This document shows positions 62,058-64,000 of a stretch of 64,000 nucleotides of DNA, one piece after another. Numbering within the stretch: the first letter of the stretch is position 1; each line of letters begins with the position of its first letter. A program made the translations under genes and the position numbers. The notes under the pieces are model-generated. The model ran no database searches. It saw only the letters and a program-made list of their open reading frames with translations, and was not told where the DNA came from. This DNA is from Lophium mytilinum (taxonomy: Eukaryota). The DNA lies in assembly GCA_010093605.1 (NCBI GenBank), contig MU004191.1, forward strand, positions 1,782,816 through 1,846,815, in the 5' to 3' direction.

Positions 62058-64000
62058 ATGGGAGAGACTCTTGAGCAGAGCTTGGACACCAGCAAGATCA
62101 AAGAATGGCGCTCCATCGTCACCCTCATTGTCTTCGTTATCACCAGTGAGTTTATCCACTACGCATCGTGTCCAATGCGCCGAATAATCCCTCAACACGC
62201 GCACAGATCTGGTTGTCATTTTTCCGTTTCATGTTCCATTCTTTATCCCTCGAGTAGTTGTGAACGCAGTTTTAGATGCACTGAGTCGACTCCGCATAAT
62301 ATCTCCCCGCCACCATCACTCCAATGATGACCGGAACGGCAAAACACCATTCTTTGTGCGCCTCAACTTTCCCTTGAATTTCGTTACGGCCCCCTTGATC
62401 GCCGATCTCTTTCTGCTTGCCCTTTTGGCAATTGGTAAGAAGGAAGTCCGCGATGGGACCATAGGAGCTGACAACATCTCACCTTACGATATCATGCTCT
62501 TTTTCATATCCCTGGCTTACATCGCCATATCCATTGACGCTTCCGGTTTGATCAGGTACCTAGCATTCAAGGTGCTTCAATGGGGTGGCGACGCCGGCCA
62601 CAGACTCTACTTCTACCTCTACGCCTTCTTTTTCGGACTCTCTAGCTTCATCGGAAATGACCCCATCATTCTGTCTGGCACCGCCTTCCTGGCCTACATG
62701 ACGCGCGTGTCTAGCAACATCATCCATCCAAGCGCCTGGATCCACACCCAGTTCGCCGTTGCCAATATTGGTTCCGCTATCCTTGTCTCCTCTAACCCAA
62801 CCAACCTTGTGCTCGCTGGTGCTTTCAATATCAAGTTCATCAACTACACAGCCAACATCATCGTGCCCGTAGTATGCACCGCAGTTGTGCTCTTTCCCTT
62901 CTTGCTCTACATTGTCTTCAACGACGAAGACCTAGTGCCGTCCTCTATTAAGATGCACGAGCTACCCGACGAACTCAAAGCCAAGAAGCCCGTAAATCCC
63001 AACATACCTCACGCCCGGGGGAACGCCGAGGAAGAAGAGAACTTTGCCAACGACGAAGAGGGGAAATTGCTCTCGCTGGAAGAAATCATGAATCCATTTT
63101 TGGACAAAGGAGGCGCCGCGTTTGGAGGCCTAATCATGGCCGCCACACTCATCACCCTGCTAGCGATCAACGCGTCTGGCGAAAAGACTGGGCATAAAGC
63201 TGCATTTTGGGTAACCCTGCCCGCTGCTTTTGTCATGCTAGTCTGGGACATCGCCTTCGGATGGTATCATCGACGCGAGACGCGTGACATTGCTCACAGA
63301 GGTCGACAGGAGGTTGAGCTCGCACGCGCTGAACGTGCCATTAGGGAAGAGGAGGAGGTTGCGCGATCAGCCATTGAGAAAGATAAAGCTGACACTCTGG
63401 AGCAAGAAAAAGCTGTTTTGACTCAGACGTACTCACCCGAACCTCTGGAGAAGCAGAGCGGTAACGGTGATGAGAGCGATATCTCCATCTGTCCACCACA
63501 AGCGCCGTCAGGAACGACACCTAGCATGGATATAGACGAAAAGAAGCGGGAGGCGGACCTCCAGGCACGCATCTCGCGTGAACTCGCGCTTCGACAGACT
63601 CGTGGCCGGTCGACCCTCGTCTCGCTCGTCGGGGACGCCTACCGGTGGTCACAGGAGACGTTCCCTACCGCAACTACCGTGCTCACACATTTGCCTCTTG
63701 CGCTCATCCCCTTTGCTTTCTCCATGTTCGTCCTCGTACAAGGTAAGCCTACGGTATCAAGGTTGATATGCCTAAAGCGCTAACGAGCGTTCAGCTCTGG
63801 TCACCAAAGGGTGGGTTCAAGTCTTCGCATACGGCTGGGACCATTGGGTCAATAAAACCGGAACCGTCGGCGCAGTTGGCGGTATGGGTTTTCTCTCCGT
63901 GATCCTGTGCAACGTAAGTTCGCTCCCTTTTCCCCTTCCCTCGAACTTCAAGCCCATCGAACTTACTCTTTCTTTCAAATCTAGTTCGCAGGTACAAACA
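62058..64000 (+). CDS. ArsB/NhaD/CitMHS-like ion-transporter-superfamily permease (3'-truncated by the window)
   Basis: LAYIAISIDASG, GNDPIILSGT, ANIGSAILVSSNPTNLV, PFAFSMFVLVQ and CN|FAGTN motifs; introns 62146-62206, 63743-63794 and 63914-63984. Confidence 0.88.

Noticed and set aside
27015..63831. Numerous antisense and alternate-frame ORFs overlapping the called genes
   Set aside because: Expected shadows of GC-rich, codon-biased coding sequence.

Overview
Filamentous ascomycete genomic DNA, judged from RIP and from GT-AG introns with CTRAC-type branch points. It has two sharply different compartments. (1) Bases 1 to about 25,400 are AT-rich and RIP-saturated, with CpA/TpG nearly gone and TpA in excess, and the supplied track finds no ORFs there. 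Hand translation suggests a densely packed set of fossil, partly intron-containing genes of unknown function rather than a pile of LTR retroelements. One fossil has a 39-aa coiled-coil repeat. The block also holds a MITE-like insertion and two palindromic repeat structures. This fits a RIP-killed giant mobile element (Starship-like cargo) or a segmental duplication; I could not recognise a captain recombinase. (2) From about 25,400 to 64,000 the DNA has normal GC and ordinary genes. In order they are: a Cys/His-rich orphan whose 5' end lies in the RIP-leak zone, two tandem APH-family kinases, a TDG/MUG glycosylase head-to-head with RNase H2 subunit C, a small pseudogene, an amidohydrolase, a PTH11-like membrane protein, She9/Mdm33, a HAD phosphatase, NECAP, GILT, an atypical hexokinase and a Cys-rich single-pass surface protein. 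A roughly 8 kb gene-poor, repeat-containing interval follows, then a divergent pair of a multi-TM protein and an ArsB/CitMHS-like transporter that runs off the end of the window. All calls come from reading the sequence by eye; no database searches were run.
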